A stretch of DNA of 64,000 nucleotides, taken from IMG/VR virus record IMGVR_UViG_3300023313_000001, positions 124,001 through 188,000 of that record, one strand, 5' to 3'. How positions within the stretch are numbered: position 1 is the first letter of the stretch; each line of letters begins with the position of its first letter. Shown one piece after another: positions 49,505 through 59,061 of the stretch. Below the pieces are notes generated by a model. The model was given only the letters and a program-made list of their open reading frames with translations. It was not told the origin of the DNA and did no database searches. Position numbers and translations under genes: made by a program.

Positions 49505-51181
49505 CTACATGTTGTCTTTTTTATTCCACACCCATACTGAATTACCACAATCCCAGATCCTGTCATAGCCATTGTTTACCATATTATCCCATTCCGTCAA
49601 TTCTACATCAAACATCTGTAGTCTATCTTTCAACTTATGTTTTTGGAATTGCATTCTACTGAACAAAACCAACCGATCTGAATTGTGGAAATACATATAA
49701 TTCGGTGGACTATAATGACTGAAACTGAAACTCAATTGCCCATACATAGCTCCAGTGTTCCACGATCTATCAGCGTATGACACTACAGACGATGGGTGGA
49801 TTTGTCTAATAAAATGTTTGAATAATTTAGATGCCCCACCAACCACTGTGGAGTCAATTTTTGAACAATACCTCAATAACTCGTACTCGTATTTGTTAGA
49901 GAATCTACTTTTACCAAACGTCATACATGCCACCAACTCACTACCATACATTAACCCGTATCGCACATGAGACTTACATGCCCGCTGTAGGTGGTTAACA
50001 TCTACAAAAATATTAGCAGCCTTAGAGCTAAGTTCTACAATAGTAGTTGACCGTCCATAGATTCTACTACCTGATACTCCCAATTTAGCTCGGATCCTTG
50101 ATTTTACCACAGACTGGTGCAGCACCCACTGGTCCTGGCGTAAATGTATCAACTGTATTCCTTGAGTATTACACATTTTGGTCTTCATCAAATGGTAATC
50201 TTTCGTCTTTCCTTTTGAGTCAGAATGCCAATATATTCCATTAAACTCTATTGCGATACCATGGTCTGGCAACACTATATCTAACTCATATGGTTTAATA
50301 ATACTCCGAACATGTCTATTTACTGTTACATTTAATGACTCCAAAAAAGAACAAACTTCGTTTTCTCCAGTAGAGTTGGATGATGACACCGGTAAATCGA
50401 AATATTTGAATCTGGACGTTAATAATGGTTGTGACACGTTTAATGTTTTCGCAATTTCTGTCAACGATCGTCCCTGCATATGTTGATCCAATAACCATTT
50501 CGGGTCATGCAGTTTTTCATATACATCTATCCAGTCATCTCCATTAAATCCCGTATATCTTGCCCAGGTAGCAGCACGTTCATATAACTCTCCCGAATGT
50601 AGGTGGTGTACACGAGTATGAGAGATCTGTTCTCGAACAGAATCCGTCATGGCATGTGTGGTACCGTAACGTTCCATACATGTTTGTTGTTTTTTATCTT
50701 GAGATTGAGTAGACGACACATTCCATTCGGTACCATACTTACGTAAATTAGTTTGCTTTAACTTAGCTTGCACTTGGGTAGACTGTAAAGCATGCTTTAC
50801 TCCCAACACGTTAAATCTATCTTCAGCCACCCTATGGGTCATTTTAAAATAATTGTCTACACCATAATGGTTCATAGTCGTCTGTTTACGCTTAGTTAAT
50901 AAATCACCACCCTCATGTACACATTTATTTGAGCAAAATTTGCGATATTCGTGTGTTGAATCATTCCAAGTAACTGTGCCAACCTTACAATGGGAACACA
51001 CTACCAACTCAGATTCCTTATGTATAATATGCCACATTCGCTGTCTCAGCCCAGATTTTATTGGTAGAAACAAGGTAGCCTTTTTAATAACATCATATTT
51101 TACGGTATTTAACTTGATCCAAGACCTAAAATTTGACAATGCTGATAGTTCTATAATTATTTCTTGTAATTTGTGGTCCAT
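49505..51181 (-). CDS. Free-standing endonuclease, Vsr-like + Mom/GNAT-like fusion
   Basis: CSHC/FCSNKC, (K/R)YG repeats, ELDIVLPDHGIAIEFNGIYWHS, ACMTFGKSRFS.KYEYELLRY, SYADRSWN, RIWDCG. Confidence 0.78.
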   Translation of the reverse strand: MDHKLQEIIIELSALSNFRSWIKLNTVKYDVIKKATLFLPIKSGLRQRMWHIIHKESELVVCSHCKVGTVTWNDSTHEYRKFCSNKCVHEGGDLLTKRKQTTMNHYGVDNYFKMTHRVAEDRFNVLGVKHALQSTQVQAKLKQTNLRKYGTEWNVSSTQSQDKKQQTCMERYGTTHAMTDSVREQISHTRVHHLHSGELYERAATWARYTGFNGDDWIDVYEKLHDPKWLLDQHMQGRSLTEIAKTLNVSQPLLTSRFKYFDLPVSSSNSTGENEVCSFLESLNVTVNRHVRSIIKPYELDIVLPDHGIAIEFNGIYWHSDSKGKTKDYHLMKTKMCNTQGIQLIHLRQDQWVLHQSVVKSRIRAKLGVSGSRIYGRSTTIVELSSKAANIFVDVNHLQRACKSHVRYGLMYGSELVACMTFGKSRFSNKYEYELLRYCSKIDSTVVGGASKLFKHFIRQIHPSSVVSYADRSWNTGAMYGQLSFSFSHYSPPNYMYFHNSDRLVLFSRMQFQKHKLKDRLQMFDVELTEWDNMVNNGYDRIWDCGNSVWVWNKKDNM

Positions 51182-51239
51182 AGCATAAATACCTCATATA
51201 ACCAAACAGTGCTACATATTATATAGGAGCAGTTAACCA

Positions 51240-51827
51240 ATGGCTACAATCAACAACATGGGTATTCCTGGAGTTGGAACAGGGATCCTTCAACCAAAAC
51301 TTAAAAACAGATGGCGTGTGACGTTCATCGGTATAGGTGCCGAAGGAGCTAGTTCTCAACCGTTATCTATGCAAGCTGTAACTATCACTAGACCTAGCTT
51401 AACATTTCAGGAAGTCGAATTACATCGATACAACTCTCGAGCGTATGTTGCTGGAAAGCATGAGTGGGAAATGTGCCAAGTTACATTGGAAGACGATGTT
51501 ACAGGATCTGCATCAAAGGTGATTAGTGACCAGATCTCGAAGCAACAATTCTTAATTGGCGCCGAAGGTCCATTCCTCGGAGCTGCTGAAGAAGGTTCCA
51601 TTTACAAATTTGCCACAAAAATAGAGATGCTGGATGGACAAGAACAATCAATCGAACGATGGGTGCTACAAGGTTGTTTTATTCAACAAGCAGACTACAC
51701 TGATCTAGATTTTGGTACAAGTGAAGCAGTAATGATCAACTTATCTCTTCGATTTGACCATGCGTTCCAAGAAATTGCTGGATACTCTGCAGGAGAAGGT
51801 GTGGCCCTTGGTGGTGCTGGCGCATAA
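51240..51827 (+). CDS. gp19: Tail tube protein
   Basis: ILQPKLKNRWRVTF, ITRPSLTF...YNSRAYVAGKHEW, ERWVLQGCFI, LSLRFDHA; late promoter CATAAATA 51184. Confidence 0.85.
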   Translation: MATINNMGIPGVGTGILQPKLKNRWRVTFIGIGAEGASSQPLSMQAVTITRPSLTFQEVELHRYNSRAYVAGKHEWEMCQVTLEDDVTGSASKVISDQISKQQFLIGAEGPFLGAAEEGSIYKFATKIEMLDGQEQSIERWVLQGCFIQQADYTDLDFGTSEAVMINLSLRFDHAFQEIAGYSAGEGVALGGAGA

Positions 51828-51848
51828 CCCTGTTAACTACATCGTAGT

Positions 51849-51875
51849 AAAAAAAGCCCCATTGGGGCTTTTTTT
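51849..51875 (+). terminator. Rho-independent, potentially bidirectional terminator
   Basis: AAAAAAAGCCCC-ATT-GGGGCTTTTTTT. Confidence 0.9.
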
Positions 51876-51914
51876 ATACCTGCATAAATACCATAAATAA
51901 CTGGAGAAGTGTAC

Positions 51915-53390
51915 ATGTCATCTAACCCTGCATGTGATACATTAGAAGCTGCTAAAACTCAAGCATTCAACGATGCGATAAATTATAAAGACGCCTTTGG
52001 AAGTCCATCAACATGGACTGATGCTGTTTGGACAGAATATAATAGACTGATATCTATATACAACGATCGTAGCGCAGAATATGTGGATTGTTTGTTGGGT
52101 AAAAGTAAGAGCCCCGAGACACTTGCAGCTGAAGCTCGTGGGGACGATGGATCTCAACAAACACGAATATCCGCTGCCGGAAATGCGAGTGGACAACAGA
52201 CCCCTTGTGACCCAGCCAAATCTAGCGGAAATAACCCAGCATCACTAACTATCGTAGATCGTGCAAAAAATGCCTTTGGTAAATCTATAGGTCAACAAGC
52301 ATTCAATATGATACAAGATAAAGTGCCTGCATTCGCTGTAGGTGCTAATGTTAACTCAAACGTACGCGCGTTGGCAGATGCTGTGAATTCTGGGGTATCT
52401 AGTTATGCCACTTCAGGTGTTAACGCAGCTTTGGGAGACGTATACTCAGCAGCAGGAATCAATCCAAATGTGCTCCCAGCTAATCCAAATCAAGCGTCCA
52501 TCTTTGATAGTGGTAATACTGCTGCAAATTTTTTAGCAGACAGAATGATAGCAGGTACCATTGAAGCTGCTGATCTACCTGCTCCCATCAGTGCATTATC
52601 TAATATGGCTAATGTACAGCAAGCATCATCTGAAGTATCCACAGATATCACTTCACCTGGATGTGGAGTTAGTGCGTATGCACGTGACCTAATTGAATAC
52701 GCTCCAAAACACAATTTTATGTTTTTTGTGGAATTCACGTTTAACTCAGATTACACAGATATGGGAATTAAACGCCATCACAATACAGCATCAGATATCA
52801 AATTTCACATGTTAAGTCGCCAATTTACCAGACCTAACGTTAGTGTGGAGTATGAAGATGTTAATATGTACAACTTTCATACTAAGGTAGCTAAACGTGT
52901 GGTGTACGATCCCCTAAACATTAAGCTGTTTGATGATATTAAAAATGAATCCATTGTATTTTTAGAAAAATATCTCAAAGCTCGTAGTCCAGTGGCCAGG
53001 TATGACACCAATGGTTTATACGAAACAGCTGGAATGGATTATCAGTCTGCTAATGATGGCAACTTAACTGGATTAAACAACACTCAAGGATCATCGGCTT
53101 CTATGGGAGGGTATGTGAATGATAATAGATCTATACTCAAGCAAATCAGTGTGTATCATATATTTGGCGGTGGAAATAAAGTGAATAGATACACCTTCAT
53201 TAATCCAAAAATAATGCAATTTGATATGAGTGACTTTGATATGGAAAATGGCACAGAACCTGCGTCAATCGATATCCAAGTGGCATATGATTCAATGTTT
53301 ATTGAATCAGGACTCGACGTGTCCCTCAGTCAATTGGATCACGATTCTAGATTGGGTAAACGATTCCTAGGTAAATTTGGAAAACAGTAA
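51915..53390 (+). CDS. Tail-tube-like baseplate protein with N-terminal extension
   Basis: C-half PKHNFMFFVEF, RPNVSVEYEDVNMYN, YDPLNIKLFDD, FINPKI, IQVAYD; tandem CATAAATA at 51883 and 51892. Confidence 0.65.
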   Translation: MSSNPACDTLEAAKTQAFNDAINYKDAFGSPSTWTDAVWTEYNRLISIYNDRSAEYVDCLLGKSKSPETLAAEARGDDGSQQTRISAAGNASGQQTPCDPAKSSGNNPASLTIVDRAKNAFGKSIGQQAFNMIQDKVPAFAVGANVNSNVRALADAVNSGVSSYATSGVNAALGDVYSAAGINPNVLPANPNQASIFDSGNTAANFLADRMIAGTIEAADLPAPISALSNMANVQQASSEVSTDITSPGCGVSAYARDLIEYAPKHNFMFFVEFTFNSDYTDMGIKRHHNTASDIKFHMLSRQFTRPNVSVEYEDVNMYNFHTKVAKRVVYDPLNIKLFDDIKNESIVFLEKYLKARSPVARYDTNGLYETAGMDYQSANDGNLTGLNNTQGSSASMGGYVNDNRSILKQISVYHIFGGGNKVNRYTFINPKIMQFDMSDFDMENGTEPASIDIQVAYDSMFIESGLDVSLSQLDHDSRLGKRFLGKFGKQ

Positions 53391-53392
53391 CT

Positions 53393-53836
53393 ATGGCGAA
53401 ATCTAAAACTGGATGGATGCAAGGACTATACACTCCAAACCACCCTGAAAAATATAAAGGTGATTTATCCAAAATCGTTTTTAGATCCTCGTGGGAGCTA
53501 ACCTTTGCTAAATTCCTGGATGGCAATCCAAATGTACTAGAGTGGGCCTCTGAAGAATTCCATATCCCGTATTTTAATCCAATCAAACAAAAAAATTCTC
53601 GATATTACCCTGATTTCTGGGTTAAATATAAAAACAAACATGGTGATATAATCCAAGAAGTGGTAGAAATAAAACCAAGCAACCAAGTCCAACGCCCGAA
53701 ACGAAATAATAAATACGAACAAGCCACGTGGTATACCAACATGGCTAAGTGGGAAGCAGCAATTCAATTCTGTAAGGGAAGAGGTTTAAAATTCCGAGTG
53801 CTTACAGAAAAAAGCATATTCAAAAATGGGAAATAA
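53393..53836 (+). CDS. gp4: Head completion nuclease (TnsA-N-like)
   Basis: PEKYKGD...FRSSWEL...WASEE..IPY...YYPDF...EIKP. Confidence 0.9.
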   Translation: MAKSKTGWMQGLYTPNHPEKYKGDLSKIVFRSSWELTFAKFLDGNPNVLEWASEEFHIPYFNPIKQKNSRYYPDFWVKYKNKHGDIIQEVVEIKPSNQVQRPKRNNKYEQATWYTNMAKWEAAIQFCKGRGLKFRVLTEKSIFKNGK

Positions 53837-53842
53837 CACTAA

Positions 53843-54382
53843 ATGACTGATAATTTCGATAATTTTCAAAAGCAACAACTAGTTGAGAAACAAATACCTC
53901 ACCCGTGTGAGACTGTATTTGATATTGAAGATGGTTCAACAACTATTGTATCAGCCCCCCCAAGAACTACCAACTTAGTACAGCCAGACCACTACGATAC
54001 TAAAGATCAGGAAATTGAAGAACAATTCCAAGAAATATATGATAAGTCTATGGACACATTCGATGACATGCAGCGAGACATGGAGGGTATTGAAGGTAAG
54101 TACAAAGCTAGGAATGGTGAAGTTAGCGTGGCATTTTTAAACACTGCACTTAATGCTGCTAAAGAAAAAGCTCGTGTAAAAGAGCACAAAGATAAACTAT
54201 CACCACTACCAAATGATGGTAAGGTTGTGAATAACACTCAAATTAACGTATCCACTTCAGACATCATTAAAATGTTAGCTGATCGCAGAGATCCTGCGAA
54301 CAACTATGTCCCAGATGAGGAAGATCTTGTCACCCCACAAAGGACCACCATAAAAAGAAAGAAGAAAGATGATCCATCATAA
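53843..54382 (+). CDS. Probable terminase small subunit
   Basis: Helical core (EVSVAFLNTALNAAKEK) and VVNNTQINVSTSDIIKML tail; between gp4 and the large terminase. Confidence 0.6.
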   Translation: MTDNFDNFQKQQLVEKQIPHPCETVFDIEDGSTTIVSAPPRTTNLVQPDHYDTKDQEIEEQFQEIYDKSMDTFDDMQRDMEGIEGKYKARNGEVSVAFLNTALNAAKEKARVKEHKDKLSPLPNDGKVVNNTQINVSTSDIIKMLADRRDPANNYVPDEEDLVTPQRTTIKRKKKDDPS

Positions 54383-54441
54383 ATACTTTTGAACACACGC
54401 AAATAAGTGCGCAAACATTACCTTTCTAGGAGATACACTAA

Positions 54442-54876
54442 ATGAACACCAATACTGAAAATCGTCAACACTTACGCAAAATGCTAGATGCCATCATCAA
54501 TGAAGATATGGATACAGCCAAAACAGCCTTCCATGACTATGTAGTCAACCGATCTAAAACTATCCTAGAAATGGACTGTTGTGATCCAGTAGGCGGTACT
54601 GGAACAGCTGACCCAAAATCAGCTAAAGGCTCTAGCGATGTAAAAGCTTCCATGAGTAAAACTGCAAAAGATGAAATCGCTAAAAAAGGTGAAGCAAAAG
54701 CTGATCCAAAGGCTGCTAAAGGCTCCAAGGATGTGAAAAGTACTATGAAACGTGGTAAGGCTATTCCTAAAAAAGGTGAAGCAAAATCTGATCCAAAGGC
54801 TGCTAAAGGCTCAAAGGATGTTGAAGGTACCATGAAAAAAGCTGATGATAAAAACATCACTGGTAAGAAAAACTAA
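54442..54876 (+). CDS. Prohead core-like (gp67-like N-terminus) protein with Lys/Ala-rich repeats
   Basis: LRKMLDAIINEDMDTAKTAFHDYVVNRSKTILE then 3x DPK(S/A)AKGS.DV; late promoter CATAAATA 54378. Confidence 0.6.
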   Translation: MNTNTENRQHLRKMLDAIINEDMDTAKTAFHDYVVNRSKTILEMDCCDPVGGTGTADPKSAKGSSDVKASMSKTAKDEIAKKGEAKADPKAAKGSKDVKSTMKRGKAIPKKGEAKSDPKAAKGSKDVEGTMKKADDKNITGKKN

Positions 54877-54902
54877 AAGAATTCCCTGCTACCTTAGGGT
54901 AT

Positions 54903-54940
54903 AAACCATATCAGTTTCACGATTGATATGGTTTTTCTTT
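54903..54940 (+). terminator. Probable terminator hairpin
   Basis: AAACCATATCAG...TTGATATGGTTTTTCTTT. Confidence 0.6.
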
Positions 54941-55005
54941 ATGTGGAAGGTCAGCAACACCCGTCAGTACGGTAAATACTACAACATCGATAGGTATAGT
55001 TCACA

Positions 55006-55755
55006 ATGAATAAAACTCTCAACACGTTATTAGCTCACTTCACTTCGGAACAAAACTGGTGGGACCAGTTCCATCTAGCATACCTGATGAATCCCACAGC
55101 ATTCATAGAAGACTGTATCACACTAAATACAGCCCCTATACAATTACTTCAGCATCAACGTGACCTCGTTGAAATATATGAATATCATGACCATGTGTAT
55201 GTTGCATCTGCTAGACAAGTGGGGTTATCTACAATAAACAATGCATTTATGCTTTGGCAATGTGTATTCCAACACGACACATCTATTCAAATTTTTGCAC
55301 AAGACGATACTGGAGCATGTGATCTGAGAACAATACGGCAAATGTATGACTCTCTACCTAACCAAGTACGAGCTAGAGTGAAAATTCAACTTCATAAAAC
55401 TACTCATGGAATACTATCGTTCGACAATGGGTCCTCTATCACTGTACTGTCAACCAGTTTCAATGCTCTGCATGGCATCCCACCAGCAGATGTACTACAC
55501 ATAGTACGTCCATCTATGTTTTCTACCAAAAACTTACAAGAAGTAGAACAAGCGTTGATACACCCAACTGTTCATGCTGGTGGATCAATACAAGTCACCG
55601 ATTGCATCAATGCTAACCTAGAGTTAATAAACACGCATGCTATGTTTGCTTGTAAAATTCCATGGAACGTGGTGCCTGGACGAGATCAACAATTCAAAGA
55701 CGACACTATTCGCAGAATAGGACAGCAAGCCTGGAATGACGACTATGGGGATTAA
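55006..55755 (+). CDS. Degenerate paralog of the terminase large-subunit ATPase domain
   Basis: SARQVGLST (Walker A K->L), FDNGSSI, VLHIVRP at the Walker B position, IPWNVVPGRDQQFK. Confidence 0.75.
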   Translation: MNKTLNTLLAHFTSEQNWWDQFHLAYLMNPTAFIEDCITLNTAPIQLLQHQRDLVEIYEYHDHVYVASARQVGLSTINNAFMLWQCVFQHDTSIQIFAQDDTGACDLRTIRQMYDSLPNQVRARVKIQLHKTTHGILSFDNGSSITVLSTSFNALHGIPPADVLHIVRPSMFSTKNLQEVEQALIHPTVHAGGSIQVTDCINANLELINTHAMFACKIPWNVVPGRDQQFKDDTIRRIGQQAWNDDYGD

Positions 55756-55757
55756 AT

Positions 55758-57443
55758 GTGGCTAAAAATATAAATATAAAAAAAGCATACACTACCCAAG
55801 ACCTCTCAACTGAACAGATTACAGAAATCGACAGATGTATGTACGGGTGCATTAACCAGACCACTGGCATCCAGGAATGTGGGCCTATATACTTTGCCAA
55901 AAATTATGTTAGAATCCAACACCCCAAACGTGGAGATGTACCATTTCTATTATATCCATACCAAGAAAAAATGATGGACACATATCTCAACAACAATAAA
56001 GTGGTGGTGTTATCTGCTCGCCAAACAGGAAAGGAACAGCCACATACTGCACGTATAGCCACTCCTACCGGTTGGGTCACTATGGGGGACATTCAGCCTG
56101 GGGATACCGTATTGACTCCTGATGGTAGCACGTCAACAGTCATCCAAAAACATCCTCAAGGAACTAAGCAAGTCTATCGTATTACGTTTGACGATGGGTC
56201 GTTTGCTGAATGTGGAATTGATCATTTATGGAGTTGTAATATTCATGATAGATTATCTTCCGACACTAGCACCAGTACAGTGCCAACATCTGAATTAATT
56301 ACAATGATGGATAACGATCACGTATACCAATATCGCATAGACATACCTCTAGTGGATGTAGTCAATTTTAATGAGCAACAATTGACAATGGACCCGTTTG
56401 AGCTTGGTGTGCAATTGCGAACAAATACATCTTCACAATCTCACATACCAGAAGTATACTTACGTAGTTCACCAAACCAACGTACAGCATTATTGAACGG
56501 ATTGATATCCAATAAATCCATCAGCAAGAAATTTACTGTTTCTCATATAACCTCAAAACAACTACGGTCAGACATCCAACAACTAGTATGGAGTCTAGGT
56601 GGTACCTGTTCATATAATACAACAAGTGAACAAGACGATACTGTGTACGAACTGTATATAGAACCACCATCACTATCAGGTACACTTAAACGAACAATTA
56701 TATCTATCAATGCTGTGAGACACGAACAATCATCGTGTATATCAATCGATCACCCAAAACAGTTGTATATCACAGACAATTTCACTGTCACACATAACAG
56801 CATAACATCCGCCATATTTTTATTGTGGTTTGCTATGTTTAATCCTGATAAGACATTATTAATCGCAGCCAACAAAAACGATCTAGCCATTGAGATGATT
56901 CAACGTATCCAGTACGCATATGAGTTCTTACCCATGTGGTTGAAACCTGGGGTTACTGACGACGGTTGGAATAAACATAGTATAAAATTTGATAACAAAT
57001 CTCGCATTGTTTCTACTGCAACATCTGCTAACTCTGGTCGTGGTATGTCTATATCGCTTTTGTATTTGGATGAATTTGCGTTTGTAGCACCAAACATTCA
57101 AGAAGAATTTTGGACCTCAATTCTACCAACATTATCTACTGGTGGTGCTTGTATAATGTCGTCCACACCAAACGGAGCAGTGGATAAGTTTGCTAGCATT
57201 TGGCGTGCAGCCAATATGGAAAATAATACTGATGGTCTGTTGTTTAAGGCTATTGAAGTCAAATGGGACGAACCACCAGGACGAGGCGAACAATTTAAGC
57301 GTGATCATATTGTAATGTTGGGTGAACTTAAATGGGCTCAGGAATATGAGTGTTGCTCAGGTGATACTGTAGTAACATTACAGGATGCTGTTGGTAATAT
57401 ATTGCAAAAAACGCTAAAGGAACTATACAGTGAGTTGGGTTGA
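55758..57443 (+). CDS. gp17: Terminase large subunit, N-terminal ATPase part, with cis intein and split-intein IntN
   Basis: LYPYQ, SARQTGK|intein|SITSA, GRGMSISLLYLDEFAFV, SSTPNG, WAQEYE|CCSGDT... Confidence 0.93.
   Translation: MAKNINIKKAYTTQDLSTEQITEIDRCMYGCINQTTGIQECGPIYFAKNYVRIQHPKRGDVPFLLYPYQEKMMDTYLNNNKVVVLSARQTGKEQPHTARIATPTGWVTMGDIQPGDTVLTPDGSTSTVIQKHPQGTKQVYRITFDDGSFAECGIDHLWSCNIHDRLSSDTSTSTVPTSELITMMDNDHVYQYRIDIPLVDVVNFNEQQLTMDPFELGVQLRTNTSSQSHIPEVYLRSSPNQRTALLNGLISNKSISKKFTVSHITSKQLRSDIQQLVWSLGGTCSYNTTSEQDDTVYELYIEPPSLSGTLKRTIISINAVRHEQSSCISIDHPKQLYITDNFTVTHNSITSAIFLLWFAMFNPDKTLLIAANKNDLAIEMIQRIQYAYEFLPMWLKPGVTDDGWNKHSIKFDNKSRIVSTATSANSGRGMSISLLYLDEFAFVAPNIQEEFWTSILPTLSTGGACIMSSTPNGAVDKFASIWRAANMENNTDGLLFKAIEVKWDEPPGRGEQFKRDHIVMLGELKWAQEYECCSGDTVVTLQDAVGNILQKTLKELYSELG
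56034..56798 (+). mobile_element. Class-3 cis intein (255 aa) with decayed LAGLIDADG domain, inserted in Walker A
   Basis: EQPHTARIATPTGW...CGIDHLW...SSCISID...FTVTHN|S. Confidence 0.88.
57351..57440 (+). mobile_element. Split intein N-fragment (30 aa)
   Basis: CCSGDTVVTLQDAVGNILQKTLKELYSELG-stop after extein QEYE. Confidence 0.85.
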
Positions 57444-59061
57444 TGTTTATAAGTCATTAACATACTTAGTTGATGAGTTTAAACACAAACCTCCATCAAG
57501 TAACTTTAGTAGGTGGCGAACTGAGGAATTCCACTTATTGAAAGAAGCTACATCATTTTTATCAGATGCTGCATCTGCCAGTGAGCGGTTGTGGTACATT
57601 GATCATAGACAACACCATGCAACTTTGTGCAGAATATGTAATAAAAACTTATTATCGTGGATTAATAAAGAACGAGATTACAGAGCCACATGCGGTAAAT
57701 GTAATGGTAAACTACCTGCAACTGCAGCTAAACGCAAAGCAACTATGCTGGAAAGATATGGTGTTGAAAGTTATACTCAGCATGACCAATTCAATGACAA
57801 ACGTATATCTACCAATCAACAACAGTATGGAACTGATTGGGGACTTCAATGTCCACACATTCAAGATAAACGCAAAAGTACCATGATGGAACGATATGGT
57901 GCTGAAAACACTTTACAGTCGCCTGTACTAAAACAAAAAGTCATTAATACTCTTCAACAAAAATATAATGTCAAACATAATTCACAAACAACACATTGGC
58001 GTGAGTCTGTAAGGCAAACTTTTCTTGAAAACCTGGGTGTTGAACATAATACCCAACTTCAAATAGACCCAGTATCGTTAATTAAGTTAAATGATCGGAA
58101 TTATCTAAAATCAAAACATATCACTGAACAAATTCCACTACATGTTATAGCCAAGGAATTACAAGTTAACCAAACCACAGTAGCCAATTATTTTAGAAAA
58201 CACGATATAACTATTCAACGATTTCCGAAATCATATGGTGAGCGAACACTAAGCGAATTTATCCAACAACTAGGAATAATTGTAATAAATGGAGATAGAT
58301 CAATAATCCAACCATACGAATTAGATATTGTATTACCTGAACATAAAATAGCCATAGAATACTGTGGTTTATTCTGGCACTCTGAAACTTGTGGAAAAGA
58401 CAAACGATACCATGAAATGAAAATGAAGTTAGCTAATGCAGCAGGGTACAGACTGTTAACAATATATGAAGATGAGTGGGTTAAACGAACCAACCAAGTC
58501 AAGAATAAAATTAAACATATGTTAGGAATGTCTGTGGATAAAGTATATGCTAGAAAATGTACTGTCGAACTAGTAGACAACAAGCAGGAATTTTTCGATA
58601 AACACCACATCCAAGGATCAGGTCCAGGCAGCATAACATTCCAGTTAGTGGTGAATGAACGACCTTGTGCCATGATGACATTTATTCAATGTAAAAACCA
58701 ATCTTTCTATTTGAACAGATATGCAACATCAATGAGTGTCGTCGGTGGTTTTAGTAAATTGTTGAAACACTTCGAAAAAAATATTAAATGGTCTAAAATA
58801 ATATCATTTGCAGACCTGAGGTGGAGTGATGGTAATTTATATCGTCAGTGTGGTTTTGAACTGGATGGAATAATCCCACCTGATTATTATTACTCACCCA
58901 ATGGCGTAGATCGATACCATAAATCTAATTATAGACATGCACAATTACCTAAGCGATTAGCTAACTACGATCCAACCAAAACTGAATGGGAAAATTGTGA
59001 TGTCAATGGAATTCATCGTATTTGGGATTGTGGTAAAATGAGGTTTGTGAGATATGCCTGA
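57430..59061 (+). CDS. Endonuclease (Vsr-like + Mom/GNAT-like) between the two split-intein halves
   Basis: CRIC/CGKC, ERYG repeats, ELDIVLPEHKIAIEYCGLFWHS, VYARKC...SFADLRWS...RIWDCG; overlaps both flanking ORFs. Confidence 0.8.
   Translation: MSWVDVYKSLTYLVDEFKHKPPSSNFSRWRTEEFHLLKEATSFLSDAASASERLWYIDHRQHHATLCRICNKNLLSWINKERDYRATCGKCNGKLPATAAKRKATMLERYGVESYTQHDQFNDKRISTNQQQYGTDWGLQCPHIQDKRKSTMMERYGAENTLQSPVLKQKVINTLQQKYNVKHNSQTTHWRESVRQTFLENLGVEHNTQLQIDPVSLIKLNDRNYLKSKHITEQIPLHVIAKELQVNQTTVANYFRKHDITIQRFPKSYGERTLSEFIQQLGIIVINGDRSIIQPYELDIVLPEHKIAIEYCGLFWHSETCGKDKRYHEMKMKLANAAGYRLLTIYEDEWVKRTNQVKNKIKHMLGMSVDKVYARKCTVELVDNKQEFFDKHHIQGSGPGSITFQLVVNERPCAMMTFIQCKNQSFYLNRYATSMSVVGGFSKLLKHFEKNIKWSKIISFADLRWSDGNLYRQCGFELDGIIPPDYYYSPNGVDRYHKSNYRHAQLPKRLANYDPTKTEWENCDVNGIHRIWDCGKMRFVRYA

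Noticed and set aside
57443-59054. Group I intron or assembly error as the cause of the terminase break
   Set aside because: Both junctions carry intein motifs and the three ORFs overlap, leaving no room for a ribozyme core
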